A stretch of DNA of 32,000 nucleotides from an uncultured Nitrososphaerota archaeon (GTDB taxonomy: Archaea > Thermoproteota > Nitrososphaeria > Nitrososphaerales > Nitrosopumilaceae), in assembly GCA_963701075.1 (NCBI GenBank), contig OY969559.1, forward strand, positions 1,630,691 through 1,662,690, given 5' to 3'. The position numbers and the translations under genes were made by a program. Numbering within the stretch: position 1 is the stretch's first letter; each line of letters starts with the position of its first letter. The notes below the pieces were generated by a model that saw only the letters and a list, made by a program, of their open reading frames with translations, made no database searches and was not told where the DNA came from. Shown here piece by piece: positions 24,347 through 32,000 of the stretch.

Positions 24347-25114
24347 TTATTTGTCAAAACCTAACAAGTATCCTCGTAACAATTGTATGGCCATTGCTGG
24401 ATCTACCCCTTTTGGGCAGACATGACTACACGTTCCAGCAAAGTGGCATCTCCATATGCCATGCGATTCATCGACAACCTTCAACCTCTCTTTTTTTCCG
24501 TTGTCCCTACTGTCTGCAACATAACGATAGGCTTGTGCCAGACCCTGTGGTCCAATAAATGATTTGTCTGTTGCCATAGTGGGGCATCCTGAATTACACA
24601 AACCACATTTGATGCAATAAGAAAATTGTAGGTATTTTTCTACATCTTGTGGAGTTTGTAAAAATTCTTTCTTTCCAGATTCCAATTCCGAGTCATCACT
24701 AATTATGTACGGCTTCATTCTTTTATGTGTAGAAAACATTTGTTTGAAATCAACAGCCAGATCTCTTATCACGGGAAAATTAAACATGGGCTCAACTATA
24801 ACAGTATCAGAGTCTAACTCTGATATTTTTGTATAACAGGCAAGTCGTGGATAGCCATTTATTCTCATTCCGCAAGAGCCACATGATGCCTGCCTGCAGG
24901 AATATCTCACTCCAACAGAGTGATCCAAATTTTGTTTGACATAGAGAATCGCATCCAATACAGTTGTCCACTTTTGAACAGGAATCTTGTATTCACCAAA
25001 TTTTGGCAATACATCTGTGTTCGGATTGAATTGCGATATTTTCAGAGTTATCGTTTTAGTTGTGCTTGATGCAGCCAATTCATCTGATTTTGATGATGCT
25101 AAAACTTCTGCCAA
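24347..25114 (-). CDS. sdhB: succinate dehydrogenase / fumarate reductase iron-sulfur subunit
   Basis: The 2Fe-2S region is SCRQASCGSCGMRINGYPRLAC. The cluster motifs are CIKCGLCNSGCP and CHFAGTCSHVCPKGVDP. Confidence 0.9.
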   Translation of the reverse strand: MAEVLASSKSDELAASSTTKTITLKISQFNPNTDVLPKFGEYKIPVQKWTTVLDAILYVKQNLDHSVGVRYSCRQASCGSCGMRINGYPRLACYTKISELDSDTVIVEPMFNFPVIRDLAVDFKQMFSTHKRMKPYIISDDSELESGKKEFLQTPQDVEKYLQFSYCIKCGLCNSGCPTMATDKSFIGPQGLAQAYRYVADSRDNGKKERLKVVDESHGIWRCHFAGTCSHVCPKGVDPAMAIQLLRGYLLGFDK

Positions 25115-25314
25115 TCAAAACTCCTACCATTTGGCATGGTTACATGATGAGTTTTGCGATTATTATTGTTTTAGAATACAAAATCAATTAATCTAATCTC
25201 TGTTTGAAATTTTTTCTTACTGTTAAATTGCACTTGATTTCAATCACTAAAAATCACAATTCCAAGATTGATAATCATGTAAGAAGTTTAATACCGAAAC
25301 TCCGTATTCAACAC

Positions 25315-25743
25315 ATGCTTCAAAACAGATTCAAGAAGATTCTTGTGGCCCTAGATGGATCCATGCATTCCAGAAGAGGCCTTAACGAGGCAATATCACT
25401 TGCACGCCAGTCTGATGCAACTATAACTGCCATACATGTGATACCAGGTTTCCCAAAGACCTTTGGAACATCAAAGAAAGTGGAAAATCAAATGATGAAA
25501 AAAGTTAGAACATTCATTGAAGATGCAAGAATTAATGCTGGTAGACACGGACTAGAGTTTGAAGAAAGGATTGTTCGATCAAACGATACAGTAGCGGCAA
25601 TTTCAAATCATGCTAAAACAGGAAAATACGACATTGTAATCGTAGGCTCAAGAGGTCAAGGTGCCCCAAAATCTGAATATTTTGGCAGTGTGGCAAATGG
25701 CATTCTCCATGACTGCAGAACACCAGTACTTCTTGTAAAGTAA
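25315..25743 (+). CDS. universal stress protein (UspA family)
   Basis: From the ATG at 25315 the protein reads MLQNRFKKILVALDGSMHSRRGLNEAISLA...ITAIHV...DIVIVGSRGQG...FGSVANGILHDCRTPVLLV. The upstream part of track ORF 25204-25743 lacks Usp similarity. Confidence 0.85.
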   Translation: MLQNRFKKILVALDGSMHSRRGLNEAISLARQSDATITAIHVIPGFPKTFGTSKKVENQMMKKVRTFIEDARINAGRHGLEFEERIVRSNDTVAAISNHAKTGKYDIVIVGSRGQGAPKSEYFGSVANGILHDCRTPVLLVK

Positions 25744-25860
25744 AATTTGAATTAAATGCCCTAATGCACCAAAGAGGTCTGAATAATCCATTTTATTTTG
25801 TGATTATCAAAGTTAATACCCAAATTTTCATTTTAAATAAGAATAAATGGTATTCTTGGC

Positions 25861-26517
25861 ATGCCTTCCACTAAATCAAAAATTCACGTCCCAGATGGTT
25901 CTGACAGCATCCTGGCAGAAATAGAGCTCCTGAAATCAAAGAGAAAGAAAATCGAAAAGGATTTTGAACGACTACGCAGCAAACTTCTTAACAGAAAAAA
26001 AGTATACAAAATCAATTCATCCAATTGGGAGGATTGGAAAAAGTTAAGCATTGAATACGATGAAATCGAACAAATCATGAAGGATATCGATGAAAAGCTA
26101 CTAACTTTAAAAGGGCTCCAAGAAAAACTTCTAAAAAAACATATAAAATCAATCAATGAGACAAAAACTATCAAAATAAAGCGAGTATATGAAAAATACA
26201 AAAAAGACGATGGTTTTAGAATATTAATAGACAGGTTATGGCCACGAGGTTTAAGCAAAAACAAATCAAAAGTGGATTTATGGTTAAAAGATATTGCTCC
26301 AAGTGATGAATTGAGAAAGTGGTTCTCTCATGATCCTAAAAAATGGGATGATTTTAAAATGAAATACAAAAAAGAATTGAAAAGTAAACTAGAGCTAATT
26401 AGGAAGGTTGAACAAATAGAAAAAGAGAAAGGAATTGTTACGCTTCTCTACTCTGCAAAAGACGAAGAACACAACAACGCAATGGTTCTGAAGGAGATCC
26501 TAAAAAACAGAAAATGA
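25861..26517 (+). CDS. DUF488 family protein with a Lys/Glu-rich N-terminal extension
   Basis: The C-terminal about 115 aa, [60 protein letters not shown]...Y..EL, matches the DUF488 pattern. The first about 100 aa are heptad-like and K/E-rich. An internal start is possible. Confidence 0.7.
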   Translation: MPSTKSKIHVPDGSDSILAEIELLKSKRKKIEKDFERLRSKLLNRKKVYKINSSNWEDWKKLSIEYDEIEQIMKDIDEKLLTLKGLQEKLLKKHIKSINETKTIKIKRVYEKYKKDDGFRILIDRLWPRGLSKNKSKVDLWLKDIAPSDELRKWFSHDPKKWDDFKMKYKKELKSKLELIRKVEQIEKEKGIVTLLYSAKDEEHNNAMVLKEILKNRK

Positions 26518-26633
26518 CAAGTTGACTGATATTATCAAGAATTGCAGAACCGTTTGCAATCAATTGTAATCATAATTATCAAGGATAGGAACATTATTCT
26601 CTGTTTATATCCGATGTGTACTTGAGTTGATCA

Positions 26634-26798
26634 TTGACTGCCATCGATCTCAATAAAGAAGAAATTAAGATACTCATTGCAATAATGAAATTTTCAATAG
26701 ACGCTTGTCCATTGGGTAGTGTTAGTCAGGAGTTTGAGATTGATGCAGAAAAGCTTGAGAAGTTAATTGCAAAGATGGAGAAGGGGTTACAATCGTAA
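26634..26798 (+). CDS. miniprotein with ACP motif, paralog of 27579-27812 (not in the ORF track)
   Basis: A TTG start gives (M)TAIDLNKEEIKILIAIMKFSIDACPLGSVSQEFEIDAEKLEKLIAKMEKGLQS (54 aa). A gapless hand alignment to GLEEDEAETIISILNFCSTACPISEMNEHVKIDHRMIQKILQKMLESM gives 13 identities over 48 positions. Confidence 0.45.
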   Translation: MTAIDLNKEEIKILIAIMKFSIDACPLGSVSQEFEIDAEKLEKLIAKMEKGLQS

Positions 26799-27075
26799 AC
26801 CGCGTCTTGAATCCAAAAAAGCCTTGTTGATTATCAAACTTGAAAATCTACATCCTTCTTTAAGTTCAAAATCTGTTCAATAGTATTGGCAAGGACGCAA
26901 TTACCAAAGTATTTCAGGTATTGGCTATTTTAAAAGCGTCCGAGCCAAATTTAAGATAAAATAAGAAATACACTCGCTTGCATTTTCTTGCATTGTATTT
27001 AATATGACGGGTGTAAATTAAGATCAAGTCAGGGGTTACTGGCGTCAACTCCCCGTTGATAAACCACTATTAGTT

Positions 27076-27255
27076 TTATGAACCCCTGGACTGAATCATC
27101 TCATTATTCGGACAGGTTTGATCAAAGAAGTTTGACTCCCTTCTGATCCTTGACCAATTATGTATCGTAGTTTTACTTGCGAGTTTCCCCATCCTTCTCT
27201 TGTATCTACTTTTGTATCGTCTCTTTTCTTTCACATGATGTTTGCGTTTCTTCAT
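27076..27255 (-). CDS. possible very basic miniprotein (weak call)
   Basis: The ATG at 27255, 8 nt after the CDGSH stop, gives MKKRKHHVKEKRRYKSRYKRRMGK.... No homology recognised, so it may be non-coding. Confidence 0.25.
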   Translation of the reverse strand: MKKRKHHVKEKRRYKSRYKRRMGKLASKTTIHNWSRIRRESNFFDQTCPNNEMIQSRGS

Positions 27256-27262
27256 GGACAGT

Positions 27263-27487
27263 TTAGATGAAATTACTATAGGTAGCATCAGATTTCTTTA
27301 TTTCTATCCTTGCCCCGTCCTTGCCATACATGTAAAGTTTGCCAGATTCTTCTCCAGCGGTTTTTTTATGCGAGCCGTCGCAGAATGGTTGATTTTTACT
27401 TAAACCACACATGCAAATCCACTTTGATTCATTTCCTACTTTGATTTCCATTGGACCAGTAGCATCTTTCTTAACCAATCTTGTCAT
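27263..27487 (-). CDS. CDGSH iron-sulfur domain protein
   Basis: 74 aa containing CMCGLSKNQPFCDGSHKK, the C-x-C-x2-(S/T)-x3-P-x-C-D-G-(S/A/T)-H signature. Confidence 0.85.
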   Translation of the reverse strand: MTRLVKKDATGPMEIKVGNESKWICMCGLSKNQPFCDGSHKKTAGEESGKLYMYGKDGARIEIKKSDATYSNFI

Positions 27488-27578
27488 TTCTATAGTTGGT
27501 GTTAGTATTAATCAGATAAAAATTACACCCTAGTTCTTACAAGGCATCTGCCATCTGGTCGTATTTTCAGCCCTGTTT

Positions 27579-27812
27579 TTAACAATCTAACTTGACTGCA
27601 TTTGACAGATCATCTGGTTTCTGTTCGTGCAGTGTCATCGACTCTAGCATTTTCTGAAGTATTTTCTGAATCATCCTGTGGTCAATTTTTACATGTTCAT
27701 TCATCTCAGAGATTGGACAGGCAGTACTGCAGAAATTCAAGATTGAGATGATTGTTTCTGCCTCATCCTCTTCTAAACCAACTTGGATCTTAGCAGGTGA
27801 TCGTGCAGACAT
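27579..27812 (-). CDS. miniprotein with ACP motif, paralog of 26634-26798
   Basis: 77 aa. See the alignment under 26634-26798. No family recognised. Confidence 0.5.
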   Translation of the reverse strand: MSARSPAKIQVGLEEDEAETIISILNFCSTACPISEMNEHVKIDHRMIQKILQKMLESMTLHEQKPDDLSNAVKLDC

Positions 27813-27985
27813 GAATATGTTAATCCCTTCATAGAATTTAAGACGAAAAGACGATTCCTAACTATGATAATGACATACAAAAATATCGAGTTGATACTTT
27901 TGATGGGTATTGCAACATTAGTTGAAAACCCTCGGGGGAATTGATTAGTTAGTTTAGTGCCTCTTTAAAGATGATCAGCCCAAAT

Positions 27986-28201
27986 TTATAATAGATCAAG
28001 AAATTCTTTCTTGGTAAGACCGCAATCAGATATTATTTTCAATAATAATCCTTTGCCAAGTTCATTTTTTCGCGGAATTGCAGTCCAGACGCCTTCTCCG
28101 TTTTCTACTATAATGTGACTGCCAGATTGTCTTGTTGCATAAAATCCCTTTTTTCTTAATGCTTTGAGAACTTCTCTCCAACCTAGTACTGGTAGGCTCA
28201 A
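27986..28201 (-). CDS. hicA: HicA-type mRNA interferase toxin
   Basis: 71 aa. REVLKALRKKGFYATRQSGSHIIVEN...IPRKNELGKGLLLKIISDCGLTKKEFLDLL matches the HicA/YcfA pattern, including the G-S-H catalytic motif. The TTG start overlaps the hicB stop (TTGA). Confidence 0.85.
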   Translation of the reverse strand: MSLPVLGWREVLKALRKKGFYATRQSGSHIIVENGEGVWTAIPRKNELGKGLLLKIISDCGLTKKEFLDLL

Positions 28202-28405
28202 ACTGAAACAGTTACCAGATTAGAAGACTTTCTTTTTTTATCTTCCAAATAAGACAGGCAGAGCTTGATAGCTTCTTTTGTATCCTTTATTGCCTCAGAT
28301 TTGGTGTTTCCCTGTCCCCTCAGCTTGAGGTATTTCAAGGCAATATCCAACATAGAATTTACCATCTTTTTTTATTATCATGTTGTAATCTCTTCTTTGT
28401 GCCAT
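28198..28405 (-). pseudogene. hicB: HicB-type antitoxin (short UPF0150-like form) with a +1 frameshift in a G4 run
   Basis: Frame 1 reads MAQRRDYNMIIKKDGKFYVGYCLEIPQAEGTGKHQI*. A second frame continues RGQGNTKSEAIKDTKEAIKLCLSYLEDKKRKSSNLVTVSV*. Deleting one G from GGGG (plus-strand CCCC at 28316-28319) restores ...IPQAEGQGNTKSEAIKDTKEAIKL..., the canonical HicB core. Confidence 0.75.
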
Positions 28406-28568
28406 GAGTTATTGTAGTTGTTTTATTATATAAAACTGATACTTTTGAATTCACATGCCAGTTGATTAGGAAATTTCTCAATAGTTTAGTTCTCTGCAAA
28501 AACCAAAATTATCTTGAGGGGCCTTGTCTATTTAGATTAATTCCCCACTTTAAAACATGAACAAGTTG

Positions 28569-28590
28569 ATTTTAGATTCGAGTCTAAAAT
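28569..28590 (-). terminator. perfect 8-bp stem hairpin downstream of the FAD oxidoreductase gene
   Basis: ATTTTAGA-ttcgag-TCTAAAAT lies 38 nt after the stop at 28628, and a T-rich tract follows on the transcribed strand. The function is inferred. Confidence 0.3.
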
Positions 28591-28627
28591 AAAACTACAC
28601 TGGGACTTAGGATGACCTCAATTAACA

Positions 28628-29941
28628 TTAGTTTTCCGGTGTATCTTTTTGCCGGTACTTGGCCCATGCATTATTGATTGTGAAGACTAGCTGCTTGCCT
28701 ACAATATGTTCCATCCATGTCGGTATGAAAAATTTCCTGTTGGGCGAAAAATATCGATAAAATTTTTCACTATCAATCTCGTCGTTGTCAAGCACACTTT
28801 TTGCAGCAAAATCTCCGCAGAATGTGGCCCATGGCAGACCAACGCACCCAAGCACAAAGTGAGTCCAGGGTCTAGTAGGATCTCGGAGTACAGTAGGAAT
28901 GAGATCTCTTGTCATGTCTATGCGACCCTGCCAATATTGGATAAATCTCAAATTCCTAATTGATGGAATTTTTTCTTTTAAATTGTTTATCACTCGATTT
29001 ACGACTCGAGTAGTTGTGGTGTCATTTTTTGCATACGTCGTTAGCATATCTCCTCCGCCAACTAACAACCGCTTTGTTCCAGTTAGCCTAAAATAAGTAT
29101 AGACAAGATCAGAATCCCAGCACTGCAACGGCCCTTGTGGGAAGAGATTTGCAATATCATCGTCCCCTAACGGTTCACTGATAGAGAGAAAAGTCTGCGC
29201 ATGATACACATCTTCAGAGTATTTCGTTATCTCTTTTTTTGGCTTGTCAATGCAAAAGATGATCTTGTCTGCAGTGGCAGATCCAAGATGTGTGTGTACC
29301 GTATGGTCGTCATAGGAGAGCACTTCGGAGGATTCATAGATTTCTACCCCCTTGTCCAGGAGAACCTCCTTTATTCCCTGGGCATAAAGGAGGGGGTTTA
29401 CCCCATATGTTCCAGTGTACCGAATTGCTCCAGAGTATGCCTTTGAACCAAGAACAGATGGAACCTCGGGTTCTGTGTATACCATGCTAGAATACCCAAG
29501 ATTCTTACGTGCCTCTACCTCGTCTTGGACGTCTTTCCATCCGCTTGCACCTTTTCCTATGAAAAGACAATCCTGTGTCTGAAGATCGCATTCTATTTTG
29601 TGCTCTTTGATGTTGGATACCATTATTTCTACTCCCTTTGCAGCAACTTCCCACAAATCTCTTGCACCCGCGATACCGTACTTGCGTAACAATTGGGATA
29701 GCTCAAGCTCGCTGTCCGGAGTCAAAAAACCCGCACTCTTGCCTGTTGAGCTTCCACCACAAATATTTTTGTCAATTAAAACAACTTTACTTCCAGAACT
29801 TGCAAGTCTGAGCGCAGCTGCAAGGCCTGATGCACCTGCACCTACAACCAAGACATCTGTCTTGATGTCCCCCTTTAGTGGAGGTCTAATAGGTTCCTTT
29901 ACTCCCATAAGAGTAGTGAACCACCAATCCTGTAATATCAT
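28628..29941 (-). CDS. FAD-dependent oxidoreductase (DAO/glycine oxidase-like family)
   Basis: 437 aa. The N-terminal Rossmann motif is DVLVVGAGASGLAAALRLASSGSKVVLIDK, followed by GGSSTGKSAGFL. The substrate cannot be inferred. Confidence 0.85.
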   Translation of the reverse strand: MILQDWWFTTLMGVKEPIRPPLKGDIKTDVLVVGAGASGLAAALRLASSGSKVVLIDKNICGGSSTGKSAGFLTPDSELELSQLLRKYGIAGARDLWEVAAKGVEIMVSNIKEHKIECDLQTQDCLFIGKGASGWKDVQDEVEARKNLGYSSMVYTEPEVPSVLGSKAYSGAIRYTGTYGVNPLLYAQGIKEVLLDKGVEIYESSEVLSYDDHTVHTHLGSATADKIIFCIDKPKKEITKYSEDVYHAQTFLSISEPLGDDDIANLFPQGPLQCWDSDLVYTYFRLTGTKRLLVGGGDMLTTYAKNDTTTTRVVNRVINNLKEKIPSIRNLRFIQYWQGRIDMTRDLIPTVLRDPTRPWTHFVLGCVGLPWATFCGDFAAKSVLDNDEIDSEKFYRYFSPNRKFFIPTWMEHIVGKQLVFTINNAWAKYRQKDTPEN

Positions 29942-30191
29942 AAATTCTCAGGTGCCATACGCTAGACATTGACACTATTTGTGTCATGGTAATTCTCATT
30001 TTTACTGGATTAATGAATTCAAATGGTTGCAAAATATTGCGGGAATTGTTCATGATTTTGAAGAATATCTTTTACTGTATTGATCTTCAGATTCACATCA
30101 CTCTAGCTTTGTAAGGACAAACAATGGGAACCTGTTTGCCTTGTGTATATAGGTCTCTTGCCAGAATTTATGCAAAAAAATAGAGCGGCCT

Positions 30192-30785
30192 TCATACATA
30201 TTTCATTATTTTGTGTCTGAATGCCATCCATACTAAAAATGCAATAATTATGCCTGCCATGGCATCTTCCAGTATTGGGAAGACCGCCCTTTCGTTACTG
30301 GATATGTTTTGAGGCGGCTGCACTATGTTGACAGGTCCTGATGGCTGGGGGTTTTCATAGACATTGGTATCGTATGACACAGCAAGGTTCTTGTCTGCTA
30401 TCTTCTCAAGACTGATGGTTACAGGTCCTGCGTGGTCAAAGGCAAAATATTTGTAATCTCCGGCCTGGGTCGTGGTTCCAGAGATTCTTGCAAGTTCCTT
30501 GCCATCTTGCGATATCACAAATTGATAATCCACCATGGGTGTTATGGCACCTGTTTGACCGGTGTAGAATTGAAAGATGAACATGATTTTTTTATCAGTT
30601 ACCATATGGTGTGGCTCCCACGACATGTCAGCTTCATACTGACCGTCTGGCGTATACGCAATTATTGGAAATTCTGAATTCGTTGCGTTTGCGCCAGCTG
30701 TGCCGGTTTGTATTGGGTATAGCTGACCATACGCTACCGGTCCGCAAAGAACTGCCAATATGGAAATAACTAGCAACCATTTCAT
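30192..30785 (-). CDS. secreted, C-terminally membrane-anchored protein, unknown function
   Basis: The signal peptide is MKWLLVISILAVLCGPVAYG, followed by a beta-rich ectodomain and a C-terminal TM with basic tail, AGIIIAFLVWMAFRHK. Confidence 0.6.
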   Translation of the reverse strand: MKWLLVISILAVLCGPVAYGQLYPIQTGTAGANATNSEFPIIAYTPDGQYEADMSWEPHHMVTDKKIMFIFQFYTGQTGAITPMVDYQFVISQDGKELARISGTTTQAGDYKYFAFDHAGPVTISLEKIADKNLAVSYDTNVYENPQPSGPVNIVQPPQNISSNERAVFPILEDAMAGIIIAFLVWMAFRHKIMKYV

Positions 30786-31512
30786 GCCTTTTCATCAAAT
30801 ATCTTGGTTATCACTGGCTTTTGCCAGCGTTGTTTTTCATTAGTATGAAAAGTGTCTTCTAGATATTTACAGATTCAGCTTCATTCTCAAAACAATTGCA
30901 ATATTTTGCAATTTGCTTCTGATCGTGGACAATTATACCAATTGATGACTTGCAAATAGATGAACTAGATTGTTAATTTTAAAACCGCAAGGAACAGAGA
31001 ATGTTAAATCATATTTTCTACAACATAACTTGGAACCTAAAATAGGACTATATTGTAGCGCTACCCCCTCTCGATCCAAACCAAGAAACCTGTATCATTA
31101 TTATTACAAATCAGAGGGTTCAGACATGTAAGAGTTTGAATTTACAGTGATAATGGACTGTTTTTCATTTCTTTTAACTGTCAAAACTGGTAATCCACTT
31201 TGCGCTTTATATCCTATGAAGCCCATATGAAATTATGAATAATGAACCTTCAATAGATACAATCTGGTGGGTCATTGAAAAATTTGGAATTCAACGTAAG
31301 TTAATTGACCCACATCAAGATGTTGCTTACCATACTATTCATAATCTGTATTTGACTGTAAAAAATCAGAATTCATCAACCCAAAGAAATAGTGTTAAAA
31401 TTCAATTAAAACAACCGACAAGGTAATAGTTCCAAGAAAAAGCATATTTGTTAGAAACTCGTACCGTACTCGCTAAAATAGTGAATTCAGACCTGTAAGG
31501 GTCTACAAGTGT

Positions 31513-32000
31513 TTAATGACCCATATGCTGGCTTGACTGAAAGTTCATGAATTGTTGTATTGCATTAAGCAATTCAGTGTCGTTTGTAGTAAGAATTAGA
31601 ATCGAACCACCATCAATGTCTTTTATTGAATATTGGATCAAATTCTTCTTTGCGGTCATGACATCAGTGCCGGGAACAACTTGAGCATGAATGTAGAATG
31701 GTTTTGTAAAATTTCCCTGAGAAAACTCGTATTGTATGTCTTTGACATGAGATCTTATCTCGTTTATGGTCTTTGTGTCACTCATGTTTAATGACATTAT
31801 CATGATTTGACCTCCCGTGGGGGTAGCCATGAAATGATGATGAATCATAGATTGATTGAATCCCATGGCCATGTTGCCACGTTCCAACATGGCAGTTTGG
31901 TTGAATCCTGTTGTTATGTTTGATGTCGTCTCGTTGACGGTAGTAACTTTGGATCCAGTTTGTACAAAATTTATAGCTACCACAATTACGACCAAGATCA
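31513..32000 (-). CDS. membrane-anchored extracytoplasmic protein with a His/Met-rich segment (5' end off the window)
   Basis: The frame stays open to the window edge. A TM anchor VVIVVAINFV is followed by MAMGFNQSMIHHHFMATPTGGQIMIM and a C-terminal FQSSQHMGH. No family recognised with confidence. Confidence 0.55.
   Translation of the reverse strand, partial: ILVVIVVAINFVQTGSKVTTVNETTSNITTGFNQTAMLERGNMAMGFNQSMIHHHFMATPTGGQIMIMSLNMSDTKTINEIRSHVKDIQYEFSQGNFTKPFYIHAQVVPGTDVMTAKKNLIQYSIKDIDGGSILILTTNDTELLNAIQQFMNFQSSQHMGH

Noticed and set aside
25884-26264. 126-aa minus-strand ORF opposite the DUF488 gene
   Set aside because: It is an antisense shadow of K/E-rich coding sequence (Phe/Ser/Leu-rich low complexity).
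28706-29972. Several plus-strand ORFs (28706-28963, 28899-29096, 29201-29446, 29290-29490, 29598-29972) opposite the FAD oxidoreductase
   Set aside because: They are antisense to a gene with a clear Rossmann GxGxxG motif and have no motifs of their own.
1-32000. CRISPR arrays, rRNA and tRNA genes
   Set aside because: I scanned the intergenic regions by eye for regularly spaced 25-40 bp repeats and for cloverleaf or rRNA signatures and found none. The only tandem repeats are the 8-mers at 17305-17347 and the 7-mers at 17785-17836, which are far too short for CRISPR.

Overview
AT-rich archaeal chromosome segment. By inference from gene content it is most consistent with an ammonia-oxidising thaumarchaeon (Nitrosopumilales-like). 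The backbone carries TFB, type I glutamine synthetase, SdhB, a PoxB-like TPP enzyme, a PEFG-CTERM surface protein, an aquaporin, and CBS, USP, CDGSH, DoxX and DUF202 small proteins. Two accessory insertions interrupt it. (i) A 1,085-bp IS has perfect 18-bp terminal inverted repeats and a 5-bp ATGGT target duplication, and it clipped the 3' end of a DUF4242-type histidine kinase. (ii) A roughly 5.7-kb island (about 12.9-18.6 kb) holds a decayed GpA-like large-terminase gene (provirus remnant) and a very AT-rich 2.4-kb module bracketed by a TATAGGTTCA direct repeat. That module encodes a tightly packed operon of four paralogous mini-HTH proteins, a wHTH protein and an HNH nuclease. It also carries a fifth, divergent HTH paralog and an RHH gene whose start sits inside five phased GGTAGAC repeats. 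Immediately outside the module lies a stand-alone TIR-like/zinc-ribbon protein. This island is my best candidate for an undescribed mobile-element or defence system. Other observations are a hicBA locus with intact toxin but frameshifted antitoxin, two paralogous ACP-motif miniproteins flanking a CDGSH gene, and a recurrent TTGCAATCAA intergenic motif. At least seven ORF-disrupting lesions occur, three of the five frameshifts at short homopolymer runs, so assembly error versus real gene decay must be resolved first. I recognised no rRNA, tRNA or CRISPR array. All family calls rest on motif recognition by eye; no database search was possible.
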